A stretch of DNA of 64,000 nt from the NCBI RefSeq assembly GCF_039654945.1, contig NW_027361747.1, positions 1,116,001 through 1,180,000 of the forward strand, read 5' to 3'. Below the pieces are notes generated by a model. That model was not told where the DNA came from. It did not search any database and saw nothing but the letters and a program-made list of their open reading frames with translations. This DNA is from Dendrobates tinctorius (Eukaryota). This document shows, piece by piece, positions 51,915 to 64,000 of the stretch (the stretch's first letter is position 1; each line of letters starts with the position of its first letter). The position numbers were made by a program, and so were the translations under genes.

Positions 51915-54649
51915 TCAGGAATAAAAAAGACTGCATGGGCCCAATCCCTCATTAACGAACAGAATTACCCATTATTCAGTCTGACAGGAAAAACAAGCTT
52001 TCACTGCAATGTAAAGGTAATTGCTCATGTTCCTATTGATTTGCATAATTAACAATGACATGTATTAAAAGCAAGAAAGTCTAAATGTACCACATCTTAT
52101 CCTCTTTCATCAAAAAAACCCCAATTGAGTTCTTTCAAAAATGTTCAATACATTGGAGAGGAAAGAACAGGAATGATCAAAAATAACACTTTAGTCATCA
52201 AGTGCCACATAAGTAAAAACTTGGACCCCAAATCTCACTTTAGATCAATTTGCTGTACATTTTAGTACATATACTGTATGTGTAAAGTTGAGTAAGCAAC
52301 ATTACATTAGCCTCACATACCAGACCTGGTCAATGACCATGTTACGCATGGCAATGGGGAACTTTGACATCATATGTTGGAATAGAGGGCACGTGACTTA
52401 TGAGTCTTGAGAAACATTGACCTAGAAGAACCTGACCAGCCGTATTCACACCTATAAGACATAGGGGCTGATTCTTTAAAGCTGATATGCCTGAAAACTT
52501 GCATAAATGCTTCGAAAAGGCTTACGCATTTTGCGCAACGAAGAGTTATTCAAAAACATAACTTTTTGCGTTTTCAGTTTGAATCAGTTCCATCAAAATG
52601 GCGTGAGCTGAATAGGAACCGGGGAGGGATGGGGTATGGCTAGGTCCGTCCATGAAAGTCATCAAACGTGCCAGTGCCTCTTTATGCCAGAAATGCAATT
52701 CCAGTCTCGGTCTATGATTGGAAATTGCATGTTTGGTGAGGGGTGCGCCACTGAAAAGATGTGACGCCTTCATTAAGGTGAGTGAGACTCTTAATGAATA
52801 TGGAGCATCATACTGACTCCAGAGAGCCCTTAATTCTTAATGAATAGGCCCCATAGTTCATCATAAATGTGTATAACTATTCTGGCTGAGGTTTCCATAT
52901 TTGTCCTGGTTATGATTAATTAATTAATTCAATTTACACTTATTAAAAATACTAATATTTTGGGTTTTTTTGGCTGTGACTGCACTGCTTGTTTCATATC
53001 TTTATCTCAAGGCTCTACCCATGTGTTTTGTCGGTGCCCTCATTTTCTGTCTCATTCATGTCTTTAAAAGGATCGTCCAGTGATGATTTTAGCTTAATTC
53101 TAGAATGCTATAAAAAAAAAAATTAAATCATACTCACCATACTGATCCCCCAAAGCTCTAGCTCAGATGCTTCCAGGACCACCAATGGTCCTTGTACTTC
53201 CTGTTCCAGAAACAATGCCCTGACATGGGTATGAGAGCACTGCAGCCAATCACTGACTGCAGCAGTGACAAGCTACAGTTAGTAATTAGCCATAGCAGTG
53301 ACGTATCTCTGTTGGAATATCATCATTGAAGCATGAAGTACATAGATTGGGAACCAGGAAACGTCCATTCGAATGGTGCACTCAGGACCCCATTTCTGGT
53401 GACTGTGGGGGGTCAGATCTCCAATGACCTAGCAGTTAGCATCTATCCTGTTATAATAAGAATGCCATTTTAACCCTTTCTCTTGAACAAGCCATGCAAC
53501 GTTCATTACTTAACAGGGAGCAACAGAGAGCCCAGGAAAACCTCTCTCAATGTTCCATCCCAAAGTAAGGAAGGAAAATAAGCATAAAACCTAGTTAATC
53601 TTTTTTTTTTTTTTTTTTTTTTTTTACTTCTTAAGGTTTTAACAATATCTTCATTCATGTTTGAACCCAAAGAGCTGAACACCATATCCTCAGTGAGACT
53701 GTAACATATATTTATCTTCGAGACGTATTTACATGTAAAAGCTTTTGTATGTAAATCTGCCAGACGCACTGCACAGAAGTAATTGCTTTCCTTTGCACTA
53801 GGCTTTCTCTGTACAATCTGCATTGGAAAACATACACTTTACATATTCTGTACATTACTTCAAGATTTTTCCTTTGATACTTCTACAAGCAAAAATAGGA
53901 GTAAGCATAAAATGTATTTGCAGGTTAGTGACAGAGCAAGGAACATGTTTTATGCTTGGAAAATCCATTCTTATTCTTCCACCCCTTTATGATATTTGCA
54001 AATGTTTGATTTATGTTAGGTAGCAACTGTAGGAGAGGCGCAAGAGCCGCCCGCCTTAATAATGCACAGCTCAGTAAATGGCAAATATCACAGCGCTCTA
54101 CTATTATTATCATCAATCTTTTTTAAATATTTGATATTAGAAATGTAAGACAGTGTTACAGGTATCATTATTATAGTAGTGTTAGTTCTGTAGTCAATTT
54201 AAAGGCTATGGACACACTGACATGGAAACAATTCTTTTATATATGGTAGTGGCTACTTTTGGTTAATAAAATTGCATTAAGTTTAAGACACCAATCTTCA
54301 TTCATTAATTTTCAGACTCCCTGATAAGCAGGTTGTACCTTGATCCAAGTTACAGTTTTTCCTCAAAGAGTGTCCCTCCCAGTAATATAGGCTGGATATG
54401 AGATCTGTGTGTATGCATGGGGCTGCTGTTTTCATTAAACTCCAATTTAATCCTTTTCTATAGCCTGCTTTCTCTGCCGTCCCTGAGACTCTAGATACTT
54501 TCTCCCCTCTATATATTACCACCTCATTCCCTTGCTTTGATCTTTAACTCTAATAGAAGGGACAGGGAGAGCAGAGACAACCGAGAGAACCAGGAGCTCT
54601 GACGAATTTCTAACAAAGCACTAGCCAGAGAAAGGATTTACAAACACTC

Positions 54650-55305
54650 AACAGGCTTCCAGTATGCCTTGTTTCAGATGCTGCACATCTGGTATCTTCA
54701 CAGCATAGACATTTGCCTTCAAATGACCCCAAAGATAAAGGTCTAAGGGGTCAGATTGGGAGACCTTGGTGGCCATTCAACTGGCCCACGACGACCAATC
54801 CTCTTTCCAGGAAGATGGCACGTTCCCTGAGTTTTTCCAGCAAGCAGTGCACCACCACATTATGGGTGTCAGGTCCGAGCATTCCTACAAGGAATCTGCC
54901 CCCCTTAGACTAGCATTTCTTCTGCAGTGTTGCTATCAGTGTGTCAAGAGTGGGAGAAGAGGGTTGCATTGACAATCCAACACAATGGGCAGCACTTTGA
55001 AAACATTTTATAAGTGGTCATAAACTTGTAAATAACTCATGAAAGAATACAGTTACGTTAAAACCAAGCACACCATTGTTTTTCTTGTGAAATTCTCAAT
55101 AAGTAAGATGTGTCACATGACCCTCTTCCCATTACGAAAAAATAAAGTTGGATCCAAAATGACCGACTTCAAAATGGCCACCATGGTCACCACCCGTCTT
55201 GAAAAGTTTCCCCCCTCCCATATACTAATGTGTCACAAACAGGAAGTTGATATCACCAACAATTCCCATTTTATCTAGGTGTATCGATATAAATGGCCCA
55301 CCCTG
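54650..55305. mobile_element. Second copy of the rearranged DD41D-like element
   Basis: Same internal junction (gcattcctacaaggaatctg..ccccttagactagc) and same terminus ggcccaccctg|TA as 27752-28674. Confidence 0.8.
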
Positions 55306-55577
55306 TATATACATATATATTTTTTCCACATAATACTGCACAATTTATAGTAAATTAACATTGCTTTTTAGAACTTCATTTTGACAGAGTGTCATGCAAT
55401 CTATATTATGTGACAATTTACTTCTTATAGTCATCTACAGTTTCCATTGCTCTAAACAGTAATAAAAGACTTATTTTGGAATTAATATTGGGAAATTACC
55501 TGATTTGCTATATTCAGAATTGAGAGTCCTCAGTGGTTGATACCTTTTAATGGCTAACTGAAAAGATGGTAACATAT

Positions 55578-55616
55578 TGCAAGCTTTCGAGACTACTCAG
55601 GTCTCTTCATCAGGCA
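55578..55616 (-). ncRNA. Minimal type I hammerhead ribozyme, canonical core
   Basis: UGC-CUGAUGA-A-GAGAC(CUGAGUA)GUCUC-GAAA-GCUU-GCA; stem III is the palindrome AAGCUU. Confidence 0.85.
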
Positions 55617-55986
55617 TAGACTAATACAAAATCTGAAGAGTCACATACTTATACACAAGACAGCACAAAAATAACGCAATAGCTAAGACAAGTGATATGA
55701 AGGGGAATAGTCATTATGGGAGAGAGATAAGCATAAATATTTATGTATTTTTACATCAATTAAAGAATTTGCTCCTCAGACCTTCTGGGGTCATCACAAC
55801 ACAGAACCAGACCGCAATCAGAGGGCAATAAAACCTTCACACTTATCTTTGAACTGCTCCAATATTTATGTTTATCTCTCTCCCATAATGACTATTCCGC
55901 TTCACATCACTTGTCTTATCTATTGCCGTTATTTCTGTGCTGTGTTGTGTATAAATATGTGATTCTTCAGATTTTGTATTATTCTA

Positions 55987-56024
55987 GCCTGATGAAGAGA
56001 CCTGAGTAGTCTCGAAAGCTTGCA
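55987..56024 (+). ncRNA. Minimal type I hammerhead ribozyme, canonical core (weaker stem I)
   Basis: gc-ctgatga-a-gagac-ctgagta-gtctc-gaaa-gctt-gca. Confidence 0.8.
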
Positions 56025-56865
56025 ATGTGTTACCATCTTTTCAGTTAGCCATTAAAAGGTATCAACCACTGAGGACTCTCAATTCTAAATATTCTTCTAT
56101 CTACTGGCTAACACGGTACAAAGATATACATCTTTCCTGATTTGCTATGTAACCTAAACTAACCTCCTATAAAGGGAATCTGTCAATAGAATTCACCCTC
56201 CTAAGCTGTCTCTATGGACATGTAGACCATAAGAAGCTGAATAAAATGATACCTTGAGATCTGTGAGCCGATGTCTTATTCCAGAGAAAGCCATATTTTT
56301 CTTATATCTTAATCAACTGTTAAGATCTATGGGTCGGATATAGATCACCCTGAGAATCTGCCTCCAGTGATTATTATAAATGAAAAGGGACATTACCACT
56401 GTGGGACATATAGATCTGGAGAGCAGTCAGTTATTACATGTCTCACATTTTTAGTGCAGATATCATGGTATCATTTTATTCTATTTCCTTTGACTTACGG
56501 CTTAGGAGGGACTATCCTACTGACAGATGCCTTTTATTTGATAAAATATTTTTGGCTCCGGAAAAGAGATTTCCCAGTGTATTTATGCAGGAAGGAGACC
56601 CCAAATAGCTTTGTTGAAACTTTAACAAACTGAAAACAGAACTTCTTATGGCTTCCTTTAAAAAATGGCTCTCTTTTTGCTACTCTATCATTAAATGTCA
56701 GATTTGTGGTGTATACAACTAATAGTTGTCCTGTGGACAGATTCTCCCACCTGAGCTGTGGATCTCTGCAGCTCCTCCAGAGTGACCATGGGCCTCTTGG
56801 CTGATTCTCTAATTAGTGTTCCATGCTTGGGATGTCAGTTTTATGTGGACTGCCATTTCTTTGTA

Positions 56866-58472
56866 CAGTGGGGCAAAAAAGTATTTAGTCAGTCAGCAAT
56901 AGTGCAAGTTCCACCACTTAAAAAGATGAGAGGCGTCTGTAATTTACATCATAGGTAGACCTCAACTATGAGAGACAAACTGAGAAAAAAAAATCCAGAA
57001 AATCACATTGTCTGTTTTTTTTTCATTTTATTTGCATATTATGGTGGAAAATAAGTATTTGGTCAGAAACAAAATTTCATCTCAATACTTTGTGATATAT
57101 CCTTTGTTGGCAATGACAGAGGTCAAACGTTTTCTGTAAGTCTTCACAAGGTTGCCACACACTGTTGTTGGTATGTTGGCCCATTCCTCCATGCAGATCT
57201 CCTCTAGAGCAGTGATGTTTTTGGCTTTTCGCTTGGCAACACGGACTTTCAACTCCCTCCAAAGGTTTTCTATAGGGTTGAGATCTGGAGACTGGCTAGG
57301 CCACTCCAGGACCTTGAAATGCTTCTTACGAAGCCTCTCCTTCGTTCCCCTGGCGGTGTGCTTTGGATCATTGTCATGTTGAAAGACCCAGCCACGTTTC
57401 ATCATCAATGCCCTTGCTGATGGAAGTAGGTTTGCACTCAAAATCTCACGATACATGGCCCCATTCATTCTTTCATGTACCCGGACCAGTCGTCCTGGCC
57501 CCTTTGCAGAGAAACAGCCCCAAAGCATGATGTTTCCACCACCATGCTTTACAGTAGGTATGGTGTTTGATGGATGCAACTCAGTATTCTTTTTCCTCCA
57601 AACACGACAAGTTGTGTTTCTACCAAACAGTTCCAGTTTGGTTTCATCACACCATAGGACATTCTCCCAAAACTCCTCTGGATCATCCAAATGCTCTCTA
57701 GCAAACTTCAGATGGGCCCGGACATGTACAGGCTTAAGCAGTGGGACACGTCTGGCACTGCAGGATCTGAGTCCATGGTGGCGTAGTGTGTTACTTATGG
57801 TAGGCCTTGTTACATTGGTCCCAGCTCTCTGCAGTTCATTCACTAGGTCCCCCCGCGTGGTTCTGGGATTTTTGCTCACCGTTCTTGTGATCATTCTGAC
57901 CCCACGGGGTGGGATTTTGCGTGGAGCACCAGATCGAGGGAGATTATCAGTGGTCTTGTATGTCTTCCATTTTCTAATTATTGCTCCCACAGTTGATTTC
58001 TTCACTCCAAGCTGGTTGGCTATTGCAGATTCAGTCTTCCCAGCCTGGTGCAGGGCTACAATTTTGTTTCTGGTGTCCTTTGACAGCTCTTTGGTCTTCA
58101 CCATAGTGGAGTTTGGAGTCAGACTGTTTGAGGGTGTGCACAGGTGTCTTTTTATACTGATAACAAGTTTAAACAGGTGCCATTACTACAGGTAATGAGT
58201 GGAGGAAAGAGGAGACTCTTAAAGAAGAAGTTACAGGTCTGTGAGAGCCAGAAATCTTGATTGCTTGTTTCTGACCAAATACTTATTTTCCACCATAATA
58301 TGCAAATAAAAGGAAAAAAAAAAGAGACAATGTGATTTTCTGGATTTTTTTTTCTCAGTTTGTCTCCCATAGTTGAGGTCTACCTATGATGTAAATTACA
58401 GACGCCTCTCATCTTTTTAAGTGGTGGAACTTGCACTATTGCTGACTGACTAAATACTTTTTTGCCCCACTG
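56866..58472 (-). mobile_element. Full-length Tc1 transposon, copy 2 (same family and orientation as 17973-19576)
   Basis: TA|CAGTGGGGCAAAAAAG ... CTTTTTTGCCCCACTG|TA. Confidence 0.97.
57082..58104 (-). CDS. Tc1 DD34E transposase, 340 aa, uninterrupted
   Basis: A few substitutions relative to copy 1 (e.g. WCDE, KERL); catalytic triad intact. Confidence 0.93.
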   Translation of the reverse strand: MVKTKELSKDTRNKIVALHQAGKTESAIANQLGVKKSTVGAIIRKWKTYKTTDNLPRSGAPRKIPPRGVRMITRTVSKNPRTTRGDLVNELQRAGTNVTRPTISNTLRHHGLRSCSARRVPLLKPVHVRAHLKFAREHLDDPEEFWENVLWCDETKLELFGRNTTCRVWRKKNTELHPSNTIPTVKHGGGNIMLWGCFSAKGPGRLVRVHERMNGAMYREILSANLLPSARALMMKRGWVFQHDNDPKHTARGTKERLRKKHFKVLEWPSQSPDLNPIENLWRELKVRVAKRKAKNITALEEICMEEWANIPTTVCGNLVKTYRKRLTSVIANKGYITKY

Positions 58473-61400
58473 TATATTTGCAGCGATATATTTCCTCCAT
58501 TTTTGGATGATGGATTGAACAGTGCTCCATGAGATGTTCAGAACTAGGGCTATTTTTTATAACCTAACCCAGCTTTTCTCTACTGCACTACATTATCCCC
58601 GACCTGTCTGTTGTGTTCCTTGATTTTCATTATGCTGTTTGATCCGTAATGTTGTCAAAAAAAAACTCTGAGGCCTTCACAAAAACAGCTGTAGTTATAC
58701 TGAGAATAAATTACTCACAGGTGGACTCAATTTACTAAATTATGTGACTTCTGGAGGCAATTGGTCACTCAGGATTCTATTTAGGGGTATCAGACTACAG
58801 GGGGGCTGAATTTCAAATACTCACCACAATTTTCAGATTTATGTTTCTAAAATAATTAGAAAACCATTTATTTTTTCCTTTACACTTCATATTGCTACTT
58901 TGTGTTGACATGTCATATAACATCCATTTAAAATATCAATAAAATACATTTAAGTTTGTGGCTGTGGCATGGAAAAATGTGAAAAAGTTCTCAGGGTGTG
59001 AAGACTTTTTCAAGGCACTGCACATATGCCTGGCCATCACAGACAGAGATTTGTCCACAGAAGCTAGGCAACTTGTTGACGGTTTCCAAGTAGCAATACA
59101 GATTTATTTTGTTAAAGGACAAAGTTACGCAAATGGATATTCACAAGATGCCACAAGATATATTACAAGTGTGCTCCAATTCTATGGCATAAAATTGCGG
59201 TATGAAAATAAAATATAAAAGTAGGAGATAATGAATTTTAGAATCACTTTCTATGTAACCTACAGACAAGCACGGAAAGCTCTAACACCTATAATTTCTG
59301 GTCTATTAACAGAACCCATTAGATAAAATGCAGATATCATAGGTTACCTGCAAATAATTAACGCGCCGAGCATTTCGCTCTTTAAACCTATGGTAATTAC
59401 ATGTGTAATTATTGCCCGAGCCAATGTTAACCAACGTATTTTTATACCTGTATAATATTTCTGCTACCGACTAAACTAAACAACAAAGACAGCAGTTAAT
59501 TAGATGTGCAGAACTAGACAATTTAATTTGCATTATACCAAAGTTTTATGTTGCTCAAGCAATTAAGGATCCATTTTGCAGAACATGAAACAGTAAATGG
59601 AGCGCAAGCCTCTCCCAGCAGTTTAGCGACCACCAATACAGTGTATACAGTGAGACGGTGAGTACGTCGACTTTATGGCGCACAGAAGTTGGCGGACATT
59701 AGCCCCGCCGGACAACAGTTGGATAAGGGAGCCACATCCCTATCATCATCCTCCTATCTCTAGATTATTATATTTATTTCTTTCCCCCTCACCCTCCGTT
59801 AGTATATGCACATCCAGATCTTCTTTTATGTGAGGGGCTACTCATAAAATTCAACATCTGGAGACCTCTTCATAGCTGGTTTCTAATGCATCAAGCTGGC
59901 AGATAACCACAAGCCACACATCTTGTGGGATACAGGTTGGGGACCCCTGGATAACTTAGGCAAGATAAGAAGTATTATGTGCCCCCCTAACCCATGGACC
60001 ACTCAAAGTCCCTTCAACTCGTCCAAAATTGAACTTTATCTCCCAAGTACATGTGATGTATTTTAAGAAAACACCAAATATAATTATAGGTTATTCTCAC
60101 GTCTTTGGCAGACTTGATTTAAGTTTTGGTAAAAAACATAGCCAAGCTTGGATTCTTTTCATTGTAAGAAAATGACTTCAGTCTTGCCACCGTACTCACA
60201 GGTCAGACATAGGAAGAATACGGGAAATTGTTTTCACATGCAATATACAACTGATTCTTGACAGAAATTCCTGCAGCTCCTTTAATGTTGCTGTTCACCT
60301 CTTGGCAGCCTCCCAGATCATTTTTTTTCTTGTCTTTTCATCAATGTTTGAGGGACGTCCAGTCTCAGGTAATGTCACATGGGACAAATATAAAGGCCCC
60401 GTCACACTAAACGATGCACCAGCGATCCCGACAACGATACGGGATAAGCGAGCACGTTACTTAGTTACCCGCTGTGTACCTTAGATACCTGCGTGCTGGG
60501 AGCTGGTATCTAAGGTGCACAGCGGGTAACTAAGCACGCGTGTCAGTTACCCGCTGTGTACCTTGGTTACCAGCTCCCTGCTCGAGCACAAGTTATCTAA
60601 GGTACACAGCGGGTAACTAAGTGACGGCGCGCTTAGTTACCCGATATTTAGATACTAGCTCCCAGCGTCTGCTTACAGCGCTGGGAGATCGCTGATCGTT
60701 GCTCTAATGATCAAAAAATGGCCCAGGACATTCGTGCATGATCAGCGATACTCGGCGAGGAGCCGGTCACTGATGCATGTCACACACAGCGAGATCACTG
60801 GCGAGATCGCTGATGCATCATGTGTGTGACGGGGCTTTAAGACACTTCTTGATGACCATATTCACCGTTCTGTGTGGCTTATATAATGCCTTGGACTTTT
60901 TTTTCGTACCCTTTTCCTGACTAATAACTTTCAACTATGAAATCCCTTAGCCATGTTGTAAGCTGTAAAATGCAACTAAGAAAATGTCAAGAAAATCCTA
61001 CTAGAAATGCTAAACTTTATATGGGGGTTAATTAGAATCACTGTAAATGATGGCAGCCGTGTACTGACTACTATTTAACATGAGTTTAACTGCGATCGAC
61101 TAATTCCGAACGCAACCACATCTCCAGTAATAAAAGCGTGTTCACACTTATGCAACCACATTATTTTTATTTCCCCCTTAAAATGTTTTCATATTCTTTC
61201 TCAATGGATTTGCACAGATTATAGGTGACATTAAAGGGGTTGTCCACTACATTAAATTAACCCACCAATGTATCGCTGGCCGCTCACAGGCAACACGTGA
61301 CCCCCGGCTGCAGCCGGCTCTTGCTTCTGCTGATGTCCCGTCAAGCGCTGGCAGCAGCCGGGGGTCCCTCTTCTTCCTTCCGTGCTGGCTGCCAGGCTGT

Positions 61401-61878
61401 GGGCGGGGTTATCCCTCTGCGTCACACCCGGCATCCACCACGCGCCCATTCATTGAGAAAGCGCGGTGGATGCTGGGTGTGATGTAGGGGGGGTAACCCC
61501 GCCCACAACCCAGCAGCCACCGCGGGGACCCAGCGCTGAGTCACGCCTCACTTGTCGTTACGTCAGTGCTGGGTCACGAGCTGCCTGTGAGCGGCCACGG
61601 ATAGCGCCGCTCACAGGCAGTATAGGCAACATAAGGTATTTACAAAATTCATTAGGGGCCCCGGGGGGATACATTGTTTACCTGAGATTTTCATAGGCAT
61701 GTAGACTTTTTTTTCTATCGCTTCTAGACATGTATACCTCGGAAATCCAGATATTGCAATAGCTTTTGAAATTGTATATGACAAGATTTCTATAGTACAA
61801 ATTCTGCATGTCCATTATAAAGCTTTCCAAAAATAAAGATCAAAAGATCTTTAGAAGGAAATCTAGAGAACAGAATAA

Positions 61879-62813
61879 GGCTAAGTTCACACGTATCGGA
61901 ACTCTCGCGGAAATTACCGCGAGAATTCCGGAATTCTATTCCGCGGGAAAATCGCATTTTAAATTCCCGCGATTTTCCCGCGGAAAAACTAGCATTTTGC
62001 AAGCGTAATTAGCTTGCAAAATGCTAGCGTTTTCCAAGCGATCTGTAGCATCGCTTGGAGAACTGATTGACAGGTTGGTCACACTCGTCAAACATAGTGT
62101 TTGACAAGTGTGACCAACTTTTTACTACTGAGGCCGCCTATGCAGCCTCAGTAGTAAAAGATAAAATGTAAAGAAAAAAAAAAAAGGTGTTATTCTTACC
62201 TTCCGACGTCCCGCGTAGCCGTTCCCAGTAATCCTTTGCGAAAATGCCCGCGATGACGTACGTTCTCGCGGGATCACGACGTCTCGCGGTCATTCGCGAT
62301 GACGTCGCGCGAATGACCGCAAGACATCGCAATCCCGCGAGAACGGACGCTATCGTGGGCATTTTCGCAAAGGATTACTGGGAACGAGAGCGTGGAGAGA
62401 GGCGGGAAGGCTGCGCGGGACGTCGGAAGGTAAGAATAACAATATTTTTTTATTTTAATTCTATTTTTTACAGGGATATGGTACCCAAAGCCCGGAGGAC
62501 AGTCTCCTCTCCTCCGGACCGTGGGTACCATCCGCAATTGTTCTGCTTACTTTCCGCATGGTGTGCACAGCCACATGCGGGAAGTAAGCGGAACAATGCA
62601 TTCCTATGGGTGCGGGATCGCCGCGATTCCGCAAAATTAATGAGCAAGCTGCGGTTTTTACCGCGAAGCGATTCCGCCGTGGTAAAAACCGCAGCATTAG
62701 CACAGCATTGCGGAATCCCATAGGAATGCATGGAATGCTTATTTTTCGCGGCAAAATCGCGCGGTTAAAATCGCCGCGGAAACGCGGAAAAAATGCCACG
62801 TGTGAACTCAGCC
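61879..62813. mobile_element. Harbinger MITE with internal palindromes
   Basis: TAA|GGCTAAGTTCACACG ... CGTGTGAACTCAGCC|TAA. Confidence 0.85.
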
Positions 62814-62816
62814 TAA

Positions 62817-63200
62817 AGAAAACAAAGGTTATAACAAGGGGAAGACATCTACGGTAACTTAAAATTCGACGGTGAAGACCCAGATGCACAAGACGTCTTC
62901 TGTCTACTTGGATCAATTAACATCAAAGATCTAGCGTTCAAGTAATATGATTCCGACTGGCACTTTATGAAGCAAAAGATGAAAGATCTAGAAAAGATCT
63001 TCACTTGTAATGATGTGCGTATAAAAACAAGGACCAGAATTTTCCAGGCTATGGTTCAGTATTTAGATGTTTGTCGATGAGAAATCTGAACAGAGAATGT
63101 GAAGCAGCAATCCTGGATCAAAATCAACCTATTCATCAACTTAAGGCACAAATTATCAGAGTAATGGCAAGAAGCAAAAATATACTCCAAGGGGGTTAAG
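62817..63200 (+). mobile_element. Ancient RTE-clade LINE ORF2 fragment
   Basis: Broken reading KTKVITRG ... F.LLGS ... MKDLEKIFTCNDVRIKTRTRIFQAMV resembles the region downstream of RT in RTE elements. Confidence 0.5.
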
Positions 63201-63264
63201 AAGAAGACAATCATCAAGAATATGGATGGACGTAAAAAACTAGAGTTTCCGTTGAACCATTTAA

Positions 63265-63464
63265 GCTACGTTCACATAGAGTTTTTTGCAAAGGTGTTTG
63301 GAGCAGATCCGCTAGAGAAAAACCGTCAACATCGAGTGGAATACTCTTCAATTTGATCTTTGTGGGAGATCTTCTTTGCAGTACGAATAAGGAGTTTTCA
63401 GAGCTTTTTTTTTCTGAAAAACGTCTTGTGGAAATACAAATTTTAAAGGAACCGCAGTCTGGGA

Positions 63465-63504
<40 letters not shown>

Positions 63505-63841
63505 GGGATGGAGAGAGAGGGATTTTTTTTTTTCCACCGCCAGAAAGGATTTCAGGGTTAAATCCCTGCCTGACTTCCTTTCTCCGGGCATGCGCACTGT
63601 AAAATGCGGATCCTCCAGCCAAAAAAACGTTGCAGGGTCCATCCAGGCATGCCGGCGGACGCAAACATTTTGGCGGATCCGCAAAAAAACGGATCCAACG
63701 GATGGCCGTCCGTCAAGATCCGTCGGTAATGCAACTCAATGGGGAAAAAAACGGATCCGCCAAAAAAAAATGGGGGATCCGTTTTTTTCAAAAACTGGCG
63801 GATTTTGACTGATGGTCAAAAACGGAAGTGTGAAAGAGGCC
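63265..63841. mobile_element. Composite or degenerate Harbinger MITE with an (AG)n core
   Basis: gctacgttcaca ... tgtgaaagaggcc|tta; the right half is related to 15536-16078. Confidence 0.65.
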
Positions 63842-64000
63842 TTAGTTGAGGTGTATCCGGAAGGAACCCGCTCTAAACTAGCCACTGTTAGGCCATGTTC
63901 ACACTTTGCGTTTTTTGCTTTTAGATTTTAAGCTTCGTTTTACAGCAAACGCGAAGAGATTTCAGAAATCTCATGCACACACTGGGTGTTTTCCTGACCG

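Larger units (their letters stand above)
55512..56135. mobile_element. Miniature inverted PLE/retrozyme-like element: arms 55512-55741 and 55861-56091, tail to 56135
   Basis: 13-bp TSD cctgatttgctat (55499-55511 and 56136-56148); each arm has a canonical hammerhead core. Confidence 0.85.
56620..59020 (-). mobile_element. Older Tc1 relic interrupted by Tc1 copy 2
   Basis: Tc1-like sequence on both sides of the young copy, ending in ...tttttcaaggcactg. Confidence 0.6.

Noticed and set aside
52039-52057. Octamer plus Sox-like motif (ATTTGCAT-AATT-AACAATG); other octamers at 39834 and 59526
   Set aside because: Spacing is non-canonical and a few octamers are expected by chance in AT-rich DNA; conservation data would be needed.

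Overview
Vertebrate DNA, most likely from a frog (inferred from the repeat families), and dominated by transposons. The only host gene I can support is BEND4 on the minus strand. Two internal coding exons are present (51868-51302 and 39560-39469); the upstream coding exon and the BEN-domain exons were not found, so the rest is probably intronic. Retroelements: a CR1 5' end with 420-bp tandem monomers, a Neptune-type Penelope-like element (PLE) with inverted arms and hammerhead motifs, an L2 LINE, a full-length sushi/Tf1-type chromovirus with a self-priming site, two solo LTRs, a SCAN-gag Gypsy remnant and an RTE fragment. DNA elements: two near-identical Tc1 copies with intact DD34E transposases, older Tc1 and DD41D relics, and many hAT, Harbinger, Kolobok/T2, piggyBac-like and Ginger MITEs. 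The most unusual signal recurs four times in unrelated sequence families: head-to-head inverted PLE 3' ends carrying hammerhead cores, with a one-sided tail and, in two cases, an 11-13 bp TSD. Three of the four are miniature and non-coding. The large PLE also has two divergently oriented hammerhead motifs around an ETS/YY1/NRF1-rich CpG block.
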